Assembly (NCBI GenBank): GCA_965240325.2
Contig: OZ251250.1
Location: 372,001-436,000 of the forward strand
Reading direction: 5' to 3'
Source of the DNA: Rebecca billardiae RCC1528
Taxonomy: Eukaryota > Protista > Haptophyta
DNA: 64,000 bases
Under the pieces are notes generated by a model, which saw only the letters and a list, made by a program, of their open reading frames with translations, made no database searches and was not told the origin of the DNA. The position numbers were made by a program, and so were the translations under genes. This document shows, in pieces, positions 45,733 to 59,382 of the stretch (position 1 is the stretch's first letter; every line of letters begins with the position of its first letter).

Positions 45733-48700
45733 TCACACACGAGAATCGTCGCTGCTGTTCGACACCGGCACCGGGCGGTTGTACTGGCGAGTGGACTCGG
45801 GCGGCGGCCGCGGACGATGCGGAGACGCGCGCCGTTGCCGGCTGGCCGCGCCGAAGAATCCGTTGGCCGCGCCGAAGAATCCGGCGGCCGGTGCGGCCAC
45901 GTCAGCGCCCTGTGCAGCCGGCGCCGGCGCCGGACGCGGCTGCGCGGTGCGCGTGTCGCGCTTCGTGAGATTGGCAAACGACTTCGAGATCGAGCCTGCG
46001 AACGAGCCGAGGCGGGACTGGCGGCGCATCGCGGCACGCCGCTCCTTCTCCGCCAGGTCGGCGTAGAACTCCTCGTCGTCTTTCTGCGAGGCAGACGGGC
46101 GCGAGCGCGCGCGCAAAGGGGGGCGTGGCGTCAGCGGGTGCAGTGCGCTTGGAGGCGGCTCCCTCGGCGGGCGAGCGCCCTCGGCAGACGGGGCCGTGCG
46201 GCAGCGCGGCCCGCACCTTGAGCTTGCGGTAGTATCCCGCGATGGCCAACACGATGCACACCAGGAGGCAGCAGGTGAAGAAGGAGCTGACGGCGATGAT
46301 GGAGACCTGGTGACACAGCGACGCGCGCGCGCGCGAACGAGCCGTCAGAGGCGTGCGGCCGGTGCGCAGCGCCAGCCGAGCGCGCGCGCGCGCCGCGCGG
46401 CGCCGCGCGCGCACCTGGCCTGCAAACGGGATGTTGGCCGCTGAGGGCCCCAGCAGGCTGTCGTCAGCCCGCGGGGACGGAGCCGGCAGAGGAGGCGGGG
46501 AGGGCGGCGGCGGGCTGAGCGGCAAGGGCGGCGGCGGCGGCGGCGGCGGACTCGGCGGTGGGCTCGGCGGCGAGGGCGGGTTAGGCGGCGGCGCGGGCGG
46601 CAGAGGCGGCGAGGGTGGAGGCGGCGGCGAAGGCGGCGGCGAAGGCGGCGACGGGCTGGGCGGCGGTGGAGGGCTCGGTGGGGGCGCGGGTGGCGAGGAC
46701 GGCGGTGGCGAGGGTGGCGGCGACGGCGGGCTCGGCGGCGGGCGGCTGGGCGGGCTCGGCGGGACGGGCGGCGGCGAGTAGAAGTCGCACGTGCCGTCGT
46801 TGTACGTGGCGGTCGGGTTGAAGTTGCGCGCGGCCGGTGCCGTGCAGCCGCCGTACGCGCACTGGCCGTTGTCGACGGTCGCGAACGAGTCGAAGTTCTC
46901 CGCGATTGAGTCGGTGCAGCCGGGGAAGTTGAACTCGCACCCGGAGAGCACGGTCGCGGTCGGGTTGAAGTTGGAGGCCGTCGGGTTGGTGCAGCCGACG
47001 TACTGGCAGTTGGCCGACTCGATCGCCGCGTCCGAGCGGTAGTTGACCGCGGCCGTGTCGGTGCAGCCGACGATGAGGAAGACGCACGCCGACGGCGTGT
47101 TGGCGGTCGAGTCGTAGTTGGTCGCGGTCGGCTCGAGGCAGCCGAGGAAGATGCAGCTCGAGAAGTCGAGCTGCGTGACCGACGCGTCGTAGTTGGACGC
47201 GCCGATCACGTTGCACCCGACCACCTCGGGCACGCACGAGCCGTCGTCGTTGGTCGCGGCGGAGAAGTAGTTGGTCGCGGTGGGGTCGGTGCAGCCGGGG
47301 AGGATGCAGCTGCCGTCGTCGGTGGTGGCGCTGGAGGCGAAGTTGTCCGCGCTCGAGTCGGTGCAGCCGGGCACGGGGCACACGCAGCTGCCGTCGTTGG
47401 TCGTGGCGCTCGGGTTGAAGTTGGTGCAGCCCGAGAGCGTGCAGCCCGGGTACACGCAGCTGCCGTCGTCCTGGTTGGCGCCCGAGTCGTAGTTCTGCGC
47501 GGCCACGTCCGTGCAGCCGAGCGCGGGCAGCACGCACGCGCCGTCCGGCGCGTTCGCCGTCGAGTCGTAGTTGAACGCGACCGGGTTCTGGCAGCCGAAG
47601 TAGGCGCAGTTGCCGTCCACGTCCGCCTGCGAGTCGTAGTTGTCCGCCGCCGGATCGAGGCAGCCGACGACCGCGATGTTGACGCAGTTGTTGGAGTCGA
47701 CGGTCGCGCTCGGGTTGTAGTTGCCGGCAAGGGGGTTGAGGCAGCCGGTGAAGACGCACGAGCCGTCGTCCGTGCCGGCGATCGAGTCGTAGTTGTCCGC
47801 GGCCGAGTCGGTGCAGCCGAGCACGTTCACGAACAAGCACGCAGCTGCGTCGTTCACCGTCGCCGTCGAGTCGTAGTTGTCGGCGAGCGAGAGGCGGCAG
47901 CCCGAGTATTGGCACGAGCCGTCGTTCGTGTCCGCCGTCGAGCGGTAGCTGATCGAGGTCGAGTCGGTGCAGCCGAACTTGGGGTAGATGCAGCTGCCGT
48001 CGTTCGTGTTGGCGGTCGAGTCGTAGTTGCGCGCAAAGGTGAGCGTGCAGCCCCGGAAGACGCAGCTGCCGTCGTCGACGGTCGCGAAGGACTCATAGTT
48101 CAGCGCGGCGGGGTTCGGGCAGCCGGGGATGGCGCCCGTGCACGAGCCGTCGTTCACGGTCGCGGCGGACAGGTAGTTGTCCGCCTCCGGGATCGTGCAG
48201 CCGCTGATGACGCACGAGCCGTCGTCCACGGTCGCGGCCGACTCGTAGTTGTCCGCGCGCGTGTCGAAGCAGCCGCGGATGAGGAAGAAGCAGCTGCCGT
48301 CGTTCACCGTGGCCAGCGAGTCGTAGTTGTCCGCGTTCGAGTTCTTGCAGCCGGAGAGGAAGCACGAGCCGTCGTCCACCGCCGCGTCCGAGTTGTAGTT
48401 GGTCGCGAGCGGGTCGGTGCAGCCGCCGAGCGGCGAGATGCACGAGCCGTCGTCCGTGTTTGCCGTCGAGTCGAAGTTGGTCGCGGTCGAGTCGACGCAG
48501 CCGAAGTGGCGGTAGCGGCAGCTGCCCTCCTGGAGCGTGTTGGCCACCGGGTTGAAGTTGATCGCCGACGTGTCCGTGCAGCCCAGGATGCTGTACACGC
48601 AGACGGTGTTGCCCTGCGAAGTCGCGTTCGAGTTGTAGTTGCGCGCGAGCGAGTCGAGGCAGCCGATGATGTCGTACTCGCAGCTGCCGTCGTCCACGGT

Positions 48701-51700
48701 GGCGCGCGGGTCCGTGTTCGTGGCGTTGGCCGCGGTGCAGCCGAGGAACTGGCAGCTGCCGTCGTCGACGGTCGCCGTCGCGTCAAAGTTGTCGGCCTCA
48801 AAGTCGGTGCAGCCCGGCACGGGGCACGCGGTCGCGCCGTAGGTGATCGCCAGCTCGTTGTTGGTGCACGTCTGCTGCAGCGCGCGCTCCGCGAGCGCGC
48901 GCCGGCCGCGCCGAAGGTCGAACGCGCCGGGGCCCTGCCACGTGTCGATGGCGAACTCGTTGGCGGCGACCAGCTCGTCCGAGACTCGGCGCATGTCGAT
49001 CACGTTGGGCCCGTTGGCGGCGGTGAGGCCCGATGCGTCGCGCACCTCGACGATGAGGTCGTACACGTGCGTCGTGTTCGACAGCACCGAGACCACCTTC
49101 TCCTGCTGCGCCGGGTTGTCCACGCAAACGTCCGCGATGGTGCGCAGCACGGCGTCCTCGACGATGGTGCGGCTCGTGTACGGCCCCAGCAGCTGCACCA
49201 TCCGGCCGAGCCACTCGCCGATCACGATGGACGCGCGCACGACGTGGATCGCCTTGAGGTCGCCGCTGATGTACTGGGTGAGCGGCTTGTACGTCGAGAC
49301 GTCGACGAGCTGCGAGTAGTCGAAGCACGGCCACAGCAGCAGCTGCGCCGCGTCCTCCGTGAGGCTGTACGGCGCGTCCAGCATCCGCATGTACAGCGTC
49401 GTCAGCGGCGAGACCACCTTGCCCGTGATCGGCCCCGTGAGCTTGAAGGCGAGCGACCGGCCGCTGATGGTGTCGCGGCACTGCGAGGACGCGTCCACGA
49501 CCAGCTTCGCATTGCGGTCGGTGTACAGCGCGTCGTACGCGCCGTTGAGCGCGCTGACCGCCTGGCCGACGCGCGTGCCGTCGGGGCGCACCGCCTCGAC
49601 CAGGCAGCCGCGCCGCTGCGCGACCACCTGCACCACGCCGCGCGCGTACACAAACTGGCAGTCGGACGGGCTCTGGATGGTCGCCTTGTCGTCGTAGTTG
49701 ATCGCGTTCGTGTTCATGCACCCCTTGTACAGGCACTTGAGGTAGCGCGTCGCACCCGAGACGTAGTTGGCCGCGCTCGAGTCCTGGCAGCCGTACACCG
49801 GCGCGACGCACGTGCCGTCGTCGACCGTGGCGAGCGGCGCAAAGTTGACCGCGTTCACGTCCGTGCAGCCGGCGATGAGGCAGGTGGACAGCCCGAACTC
49901 CGTGTTGGCGCGCGAGTTGTAGTTGGTCGCCGCCGGGTTGGTGCAGCCAAACACCTTCGCCACGCAGCTGCCGTCGTCCACGTTCGCGGTCGGGTCGTAG
50001 TTGAGCGAGTTCCTCCCCGTGCAGCCGGGGTACGCCGCGAGACACCCGCCGCTGTCCACCGTCGCCGCCGAGCGGTAGTTGAGCGCGGTCGAGTCGGTGC
50101 AGCCGGTGACGGGGAAGATGCAGCTGCCGTCGTCCACGGTCGCCGTCGAGTCGTAGTTGAGCGCGCGCGTGGCGAGGCAGCCCAGGTGGCGGTAGATGCA
50201 CGAGTTGTCATCCGTGTTCGCGGCCGAGATGTAGTTGAGCGCGGTCGAGTCGGTGCAGCCGTCGACGGGGAAGACGCAGCTGTTGTCGTCGACCGTCGCG
50301 GAGCAGTCGTAGTTGATGGCGCGCGTGGCCATGCAGCCGAGCACCGAGTACACGCACGTGGCCTCGATGTTGGCGTCCGAGCGGTAGTTGATCGCGGTCG
50401 AGTCGATGCAGCCCGGGACGGGCAGCGTGCACGAGCCGGGGCGCAGCGTCGTCGCGAGCGGGTCGTAGTTGAGCGCACCCGGGTTGGTGCAGCCCTCGAC
50501 GAGCACGATGCACGTGCTCGGCACCGCCTCCGTGTTGGCGCGCGAGTCGTAGTTGGTCGCCTGCGGGTTGGTGCAGCCGACGCGCGCCAGGACGCACGGC
50601 GTGGCCGCCGTCTGGATGGTTGCGTTCGGGTTGAAGTTGAGCGCGCTCGGGTTGCGGCAGCCCTCGACGCGCAGGATGCAGTCGAGCGCGTTGTTCGACC
50701 CCTCCGAGTTGTAGTTGAGCGCGTCCGGGTTGTTGCAGCCGCGGTCGGTCACGAACTGGCACGAGCCGTCGTACACGGTCGCGAGCGAGTTGTAGTTGGT
50801 CGCGCTCGTCGAGGTGCAGCCGAGGATCGCGTACTCGCAGTCGGCGCCCTCGACGGCGTCCGAGACGTAGTTGAGCGCGAGCGAGTCCTGGCAGCCGCGC
50901 TTCACAAACGTGCAGTTGCCGTCGTTGGCGGTCGAGTAGGAGACGTAGTTGATGGCGCTCGGCACGTTGCAGCCGAAGATGACGCACTGGCCGTTGTCGA
51001 CGGTCGCGAGCGGGTCGAAGTTGATCGCGCGCGAGTCCGTGCAGCCCGGGCGCGGGAACGAGCACGAGCCGGCGAGGAAGCGGTTGGCCGTCGAGTCGTA
51101 GTTGGTCGCGCCCGTGGACGTGCAGCCGGGGTAGAGGCAGCTGCCGTCGTCCTGCGACTTGTCGGAGGCGTAGTTGGCGGCGGTGTTGTCGGTGCAGCCC
51201 CTGCAGCTGCTCAGGTCGCAGTCGGCCGCGGAGTTCATCACCGTCGCCTCCGAGTTGTAGTTGCACGCCGTCGAGATCGTGCAGCCCACCACCTGGTACA
51301 CGCACGAGCCCTCGTCCGTGTCCGCCGCCGAGTCGTAGTTGACGGCGGTCGAGTCCGTGCAGCCGAGCGTGTACGGCAGGCAGCCGGCGTAGTCGGTGGC
51401 GGTCGAGTCGTAGTCGGATGCCCACGAGTCCGTGCAGCCCGGGTGCGAGTACAGGCAGACGATGTCGTCGGGCTGGATGTTGGCGTCCGAGCGGAAGTTG
51501 GTGGCGAGCGAGTCGAGGCAGCCGGGCACGGCGTACACGCAGCACAGGTTGGGGCAGCCGCCGGCGAGCGAGTCGTAGTTGAGGGCGAGGGGGTCGATGC
51601 AGCCGACGCGCGGCGGCGGCGAGGAGGGCGGCGGCGGGCTGGGAGGCGGCGACGGCGGGGGTGTTGGCGGGGGGCTCGGCGGGCTCGGCGGCGGAGACGG

Positions 51701-53990
51701 CGGCGGCGAAGGCGGCGCGGCTGGCGGCGATGGCGGTGGCTCGCGAGGACGGTCGGATGGCAGCGGCGGGCTGGGCGGCGGGGATGGCGGCGGTGGCGGC
51801 GGGCTTGGCGGCGGGCTCGGCGGTGGCGATGGCGGCGACGATGGCGGCGGGCTGGGCGGCGGGCTGGGCGGCGGGCTGGGCGGCGGGCTCGGTGGTGGTG
51901 GCGGAGGCGGGCTGGGCGGCGGCGGGCTCGGCGGAGGGGACGGGGGCGGCGACGGCGGCGGGCTCGGCGGCGGGCTCGGCGGCGGGCTCGGCGGCGGGCT
52001 CGGCGGCGGGCTCGGCGGCGGCGGTGGAGGCGGGCTCGGCGGCGGGCTCGGCGGCGGGCTGGGCGGCGGGCTCGGCGGCGGGCTCGGCGGCGGGCTCGGC
52101 GGTGGGCTGGGCGGCGGGCTGGGCGGCGGGCTGGGCGGCGGGCTCGGCGGTGGGCTGGGCGGCGGGCTGGGCGGCGGGCTGGGCGGCGGGCTGGGCGGCG
52201 GGCTGGGCGGCGGGCTGGGCGGCGGCGGTGGCGGCGGGCTGGGCGGCGGGCTGGGCGGCGGGCTGGGCGGCGGGCTGGGCGGCGGGCTGGGCGGCGGGCT
52301 CGGCGGCGGGCTCGGCGGAGGCGACGGCGGCGGGCTGGGCGGCGGGCTGGGCGGCGGGCTCGGTGGTGGTGGCGGCGGCGGGCTGGGCGGCGGCGGGCTC
52401 GGCGGGGGTGACGGAGGCGGCGACGGCGGCGGCGACGGCGGTGGTGGCGGCGGCGGGCTCGGCGGCGGAGGGCTCGGCGGCGGTGAAGGCGGTGGCGGCG
52501 GCGGCGAGCTCGGCGGCGGTGATGGCGGCGGCGGCGGCGGCGAGCTCGGCGGCGGGCTGGGCGGCGGCGGCGGCGGCGAGCTGGGAGGCGGCGACGGAGG
52601 CGGCGGCGGCGGCGAGCTCGGTGGCGGGCTCGGCGGCGGCGGCGGCGGCGAGCTTGGTGGCGGGCTCGGTGGCGGCGGCGGCGGCGAGCTGGGCGGTGGG
52701 CTCGGCGGCGGCGGCGGCGGCGAGCTCGGTGGCGGGCTTGGCGGTGGCGGCGGCGGCGAGCTGGGAGGCGGCGACGGCGGCGGCGGCGGCGGCGAGCTCG
52801 GTGGCGGGCTCGGCGGCGGCGGCGGCGGCGAGCTTGGTGGCGGGCTCGGTGGCGGCGGCGGCGGCGAGCTGGGCGGTGGGCTCGGCGGCGGCGGCGGCGG
52901 CGAGCTCGGTGGCGGGCTTGGCGGTGGCGGCGGCGGCGAGCTGGGAGGCGGCGACGGCGGCGGCGGCGGCGGCGAGCTCGGTGGCGGCAATGGCGGCGGC
53001 GTCGGCGGCGGGCTCGGCGGCGGCGTCGGCGGCGGCGGCGGCGGCGGGCTCGGTGGCGGCAATGGCGGCGGCGGCAGCGATGGCGGCGGGCTCGGAGGTG
53101 GCGCTGGCGGCGGCGGCGGCGGCGGGCTCGGCGGTGGTGGCGATGGCGGTGGGCTCGGCGGCGGCGTCGGCGGTGGTGGCGGTGGTGGACTTGGCACTGA
53201 CGGTGGTGGAAGCGATGGTGGCGGGCTCGGCGGCGGCGCTGGCGGCGGCGGCGGCGGCGGGCTCGGTGGTGGTGGCGAGGGCGGCGGGCTCGGCGGTGGC
53301 GCCGGCGGCGGCGGTGGCGGCGGGTTCGGCGGTGGTGGCGATGGCGGCGGGCTCGGCGGTGGCGCCGGCGGCGGAGGTGGCGGCGGGTTCGGCGGTGGTG
53401 GCGATGGCGGCGGGCTCGGCGGTGGCGCCGGCGGCGGCGGTGGCGGCGGGTTCGGCGGTGGTGGCGATGGCGGCGGGCTCGGCGGTGGCGACGGCGGCGG
53501 CGGTGGCGGCGGCGACTCAGATTCGAGCAGTGCACGCGGCAAGGGCGTGTTGATGGAGTCGGCTTCGTCGTGGGCGTCCACAATGACGCCCTGTGCTCGA
53601 TGCGCATCGCCCGTGGAGAACCGGCTGGGTAGGCGGCGTTTGTGCGGCGGATTCGTCGCGAGCATGGTCGCGAGCATGGTCGCACACGTGGGAGGTGCGG
53701 ACGGGGCGACGTGGAAGGCGCGCGCTGCACGTCAGATGATGCACGGAGGGCCCCGGATGCGCCTCCCCGCGTGCCACCCCGGCACGGACGACCCCGATGT
53801 GCGATCAATCCGCCAGCGCGGACGCAGGCGGGGCACGCGAGCTCGCACACCTGTTAATGACCGCCGAGTTGCGACTCACGGATGATCGCGCCGCCGACTC
53901 GAACTCACGGGGAGACGACCCATCGATGTGCGCGCCAGAGCCGCGTGCAGCACCGAGCGCAGCGACGAGCACAAGCAGCGCCCTGACCAT
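45733..53990 (-). CDS. Giant type I membrane protein with extensin-like Ser-Pro(n) stalk, about 52 GCTDxxAxNY...DDGSC repeats, TM helix and cytoplasmic tail; proposed exons 53990-53851, 53624-46415, 46306-46217, 46083-45733
   Basis: 2591-aa ORF plus an upstream signal-peptide exon (MVRALLVLVAALGAARG) and phase-compatible GT-AG junctions; the first acceptor is the least certain. Confidence 0.88.
51610..53515 (-). repeat. Coding minisatellite encoding SPPP / SPPPSSPPPPPP units
   Basis: 12-bp and 30-bp GGC-rich tandem units. Confidence 0.95.
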
Positions 53991-54199
53991 TGTCGTCGAC
54001 GCTTGCTGTGGGGCGCAACGCACAGCACACCCCCGGCAACCAGGAGGCGTTGGGCGCACCACCAAGGGATCCGACGCGTCCCTCACTGCGCATCCCCACC
54101 CCCGCGATTGTCTCAAGATGTTGGCCTCGTTTGTTACGGTCGGCGCTGGCGCCTGCTACGGGCGCGCCGGTCGCCTCGCTGGGTCATAAATAGATCACA

Positions 54200-57100
54200 C
54201 CCGCTGTGGGTCTGAGAAGGTTTGACCGATAAGTGGGGGCATCCGGCAGATCGAATCTCAGGTGGTTAAAGAGAGGATGATGTGGTTGCGTCGCAATCCT
54301 CTTGTCATACACGCGACATTGCCACAGACTTACGGGTGATCAGCTTCTATAGGTGCACTGCGGGTAGGACTCTTGGCAGCGGCGGGTAGCCATACGCGGC
54401 GGTGAAGAACAATAACTCAATAAGAACATTAGTACCCCTAGCGCGATCTCGTCAAGACGTCAACGCGTCATTTATTACTCATTTCAGGCGGTTATGTTCA
54501 AATCATAATATTCCTTCGGGCGTCCCCCTTTGGACCGTCCTTCCCGGGAAAGGACGCCACGCCGATCGAAAGAGTGTCGACGGGACGGGCGGGCGACGGG
54601 CGACGAAACTCCCTCGGAGCGGGGGCCAGTTCAAAGTCCGGGAGGCGGGAGCGGCCCTTGCGCTACGTCAAACTTCTCAGTGGCACGCTGTGGCCGCATG
54701 GCGGCCGGCCGCCCGCCGCCCTCCGCCAACAAAAGTGCGTGCGCGGGCGTGGTGGACACGCACGTGTCGATGGTGTAGGCCTGGCAGGTAAGCATGTGCC
54801 ATGGTCGATCCCCGGGCGCGTTTAAGCCCCCATCCCCGGCGCCTGAGGCACACACAGGCTGGCGATGACAGACGTAGTGCAGTGCACGCGCCGGTACGGC
54901 CGTGCACGCGCCGGTACGGCGGGGTGGTGCACATGAAGAGAGAGCCTAGAAAGGGGTGCCCGGCGTTCCCACACACCTGATCTCCACTGCCGTCGCCCGG
55001 CGCGCGTGTCATAAGAATGGGCGGCCTATGAAGCGCTCTTTGTTGGCGCATGGCAACGAATCATGCTCACCGGACCGGACACACAGGCCGTGGGCGTGTA
55101 CCCTCAGCGAGGCGTTCAGCCGGGAAGTCTCCAGAGAGAGAGGCAGTTGGGTCTGGTGTGTCCTGCGTGGTCACCCCGACACCTCAACCGGCGCCTTGAC
55201 GGCCATTTGCGCCCTGGACTTCAGCTCGCGTCATGGCTCTGGTCCTGGACCATATTCAGCCACCTGCCCACCTGCCCATTCAGGGCCGTGGGACGGTTCG
55301 TGATCAGGCTCCGGCTTCTGTCCACCACCCCCCAGTCCGGTCACTGGAGCGTTACATCTTGACAATGCAATCGGCGGGATCGCCGCCTCTGATGATCTAC
55401 GATAGCTCCTACGGACCACCCCAGGCGGTCCCTTGGACGACATAGTACTAATAGCCTGGTCCATCCCGATTTTCGCCAGTGAAAAAGCCTTTTCGGATTT
55501 TGGGCGCCTGATTTCTCCCGATTTTTCTCGTCGCTCGGCGCTCGTCAAAAATCGCCACCGGCCGTCCGACGGCTCGCCGCGACGAAGGTCGGGAAGGGGC
55601 TCGAGAGCCTCGACTGGACGACTGCGCCGCCTCATGTCAGGTGTAGTGCTGGACACATCGTTCGGGTGCCCCGGTGGTGTGCGTGCACACCTTGAGCGAC
55701 ATGTCTGCGTTGCTTCCGCCGCCCGCGGTCCGTCGCCAGGTCGACTTCTCGCCTGACGGCGCGCGTCGAACGCTCACCTGCTGGGTTGCGCGGCGCCTTC
55801 GAGACGGGCCACCTCGGGTAATATGCGGGCCACGCGACGGCTCGTGTGGGCCACCGCCTACCCCTAGCATGTACTCGATGCCACCACCAGCGTTGGGCGC
55901 GCTGCGCATCGCCAACGCTTCATCCGGCCAGTCCCGTCACGTTTGCGCATGGGCCGTCCTGAGCGGCGGCTGTCGATTTGTGCTCCTCGTGGAGCTGTAT
56001 GACGGGCTGGTGGCGAGCAGGATGGCTCGCCTTGCGGGGCGGGGTGTGTACAGTCGCAGTGTAGTGGCTGCCGGCTGACTCCCATCGCCTGGGTGCTGCT
56101 TTACCGTCATGGCCTTTGCTGCGAGCACAAGGTCGAGGATCGTACCGCGGTCTGCGAGGCAGAGTCGACGGAGTCGTCGCTTGAAGATGGTTGAGAGCGC
56201 TCATACGTCTTCCTTGGTGTCGTGCGGCTACTCCAGCACGCAAGGCTCGCGCTTTGGCACGTGTTTGGTGTCCATGGGTGGCACATTGTGCCATTCGGGT
56301 GGCTCGGAAGCACGTGCTCGGGTGTCTTCCCCGTTTACGTGCGGTGGGTCAAGTCACCACGCACGGCCAGAGCATGTCATGGCACGCGGAGGGTGCCCAT
56401 GAACGATCCCCACCCCGGTGGTGGCCGTAGGCGCACTCGAAGCGGTCGCATCGTCACCCGCGGATCACATCAGTCCGCCGTTGAGGCTGTCGGGCGAGCA
56501 AGGACGTGCGATCTGACCCTTGGACGAGCAGCTAGAACCGCGATTATGCCTCGTCTAAGGACGCACATGTCGTCGTTGTAGGCAGTACGGATGCCCCAAG
56601 TGAAAGGGCGGGCGTGGCACGCGACTTGACAGCTTGAATGACTCGATGCACGCCGCCATGGACACGCGATCCGGATCCGTTGCGAACCTGCCGTGTGGCT
56701 CACGGCGGCGCGCGTTGTGCCGCAGATCGGCCAGTCGCCACGCAGGAGATGGTCTCCAGACCAGGTCCAGCACCTGACCGACTGCCGCACGCCTGGCCGG
56801 GTGGGAGTCCGGCCCTCTTCTTGTCTGCAGGAGTGCGCGGAAGGCCAGGCGGAGCCTCGTCCGACCACTGCACCCCGAGCGCCGCACTAATCGTGCAGCC
56901 TGGGACAGCTACCCACCTATGGCGAATATGTAACGACATAGTGGTATTTTAATTGTACAGGTCCAGAACTCATACTTATGCGGGTACATTTCCCATAATA
57001 TGCGGTTATAAATGGGTAATATAGTCGATCTTGCAGTAGTTGAGTACGGCCACTTGCGCACAGACCACAGCCCATCCTAATGGCCTGTACCAGGGTTCAT

Positions 57101-57200
57101 GCTCGCCTCGACGTACGCCAATAAGTAAGTTCGTGCGTTTGGGCTCATTTCGGCTAAGTACTTACCCCCATTCGGACTGACGATTCTCTATGTGTCCGTA
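54200..57200. other. Lower-GC region without intact ORFs, possibly a decayed transposable element
   Basis: Composition departs from flanking genes; a weak, stop-interrupted OTU-like remnant lies at about 55300-55600 on the minus strand. Confidence 0.3.
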
Positions 57201-57418
57201 GTTGTCCGCGGCGCGCGCGCGCACGCTCACGACGGGCCACGGATGCGATTTTTAGGCCGAAACTTTTGCTGCGCCCGGGCTGGGCCCATTTGTTACGCTG
57301 TTTCCGGGTGTGAGCGCGTGCCTAGGGGCCCGCGTTCATTTGGCGATAAAATCCCCGAAAGTGCTCCAGTGCGTTTGGACCAGGCTAGTACTAAAAGATT
57401 ATTACGGCCAGATGGATC

Positions 57419-57604
57419 ATCAGCCACACCTCCAATAGGTCCAGACTCTATTTTCTATAACTACATAACCAGTCCGGGTAACATTTTCGCATATGTATAC
57501 AGGTGTCCGGAACGCTCCCGGGCTGTGCTGAAATCTGAGTAAGGGACGGGTAATTACATAGTAAAATAGAGTCTGAACCTATTGGGAGGTGGTCGGATGC
57601 TGAT
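57419..57604. repeat. Imperfect inverted repeat with arms of about 45-55 bp (MITE-like)
   Basis: CACCTCCAATAGGTCCAGACTCTATTTT pairs with AAAATAGAGTCTGAACCTATTGGGAGGTG. Confidence 0.65.
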
Positions 57605-57932
57605 GCGACATTTCTCGTTGAAGTCATCAATCGGGGGTCGGAAGGGACTCTGCTGCATGGTCCGCTTGGTTGACTTCGGCTCGGGGCCAAGACGTAACTT
57701 AGTGATCTTGTCTGGCGTCCAGCGGCCAGTCCTGCCGCGCGCTCGGCCCGAGCGCTGGCTGCCGCTCGCACTTTGTTTCCGAGGAACAAAATCCCGCCAT
57801 ATGATACATACGCAAATATAAAGTCTGGTATCTCGCAGCGTGGCTCTGCCCTGCCCGGCGTGTGCCTCGCCTCCTCGGGCTCGGCTGCCGATCTCGGGTC
57901 TCGGGATGGCGCAGGCGCTTCGAGGACGGCTA

Positions 57933-59379
<1,447 letters not shown>

Positions 59380-59382
59380 GCC

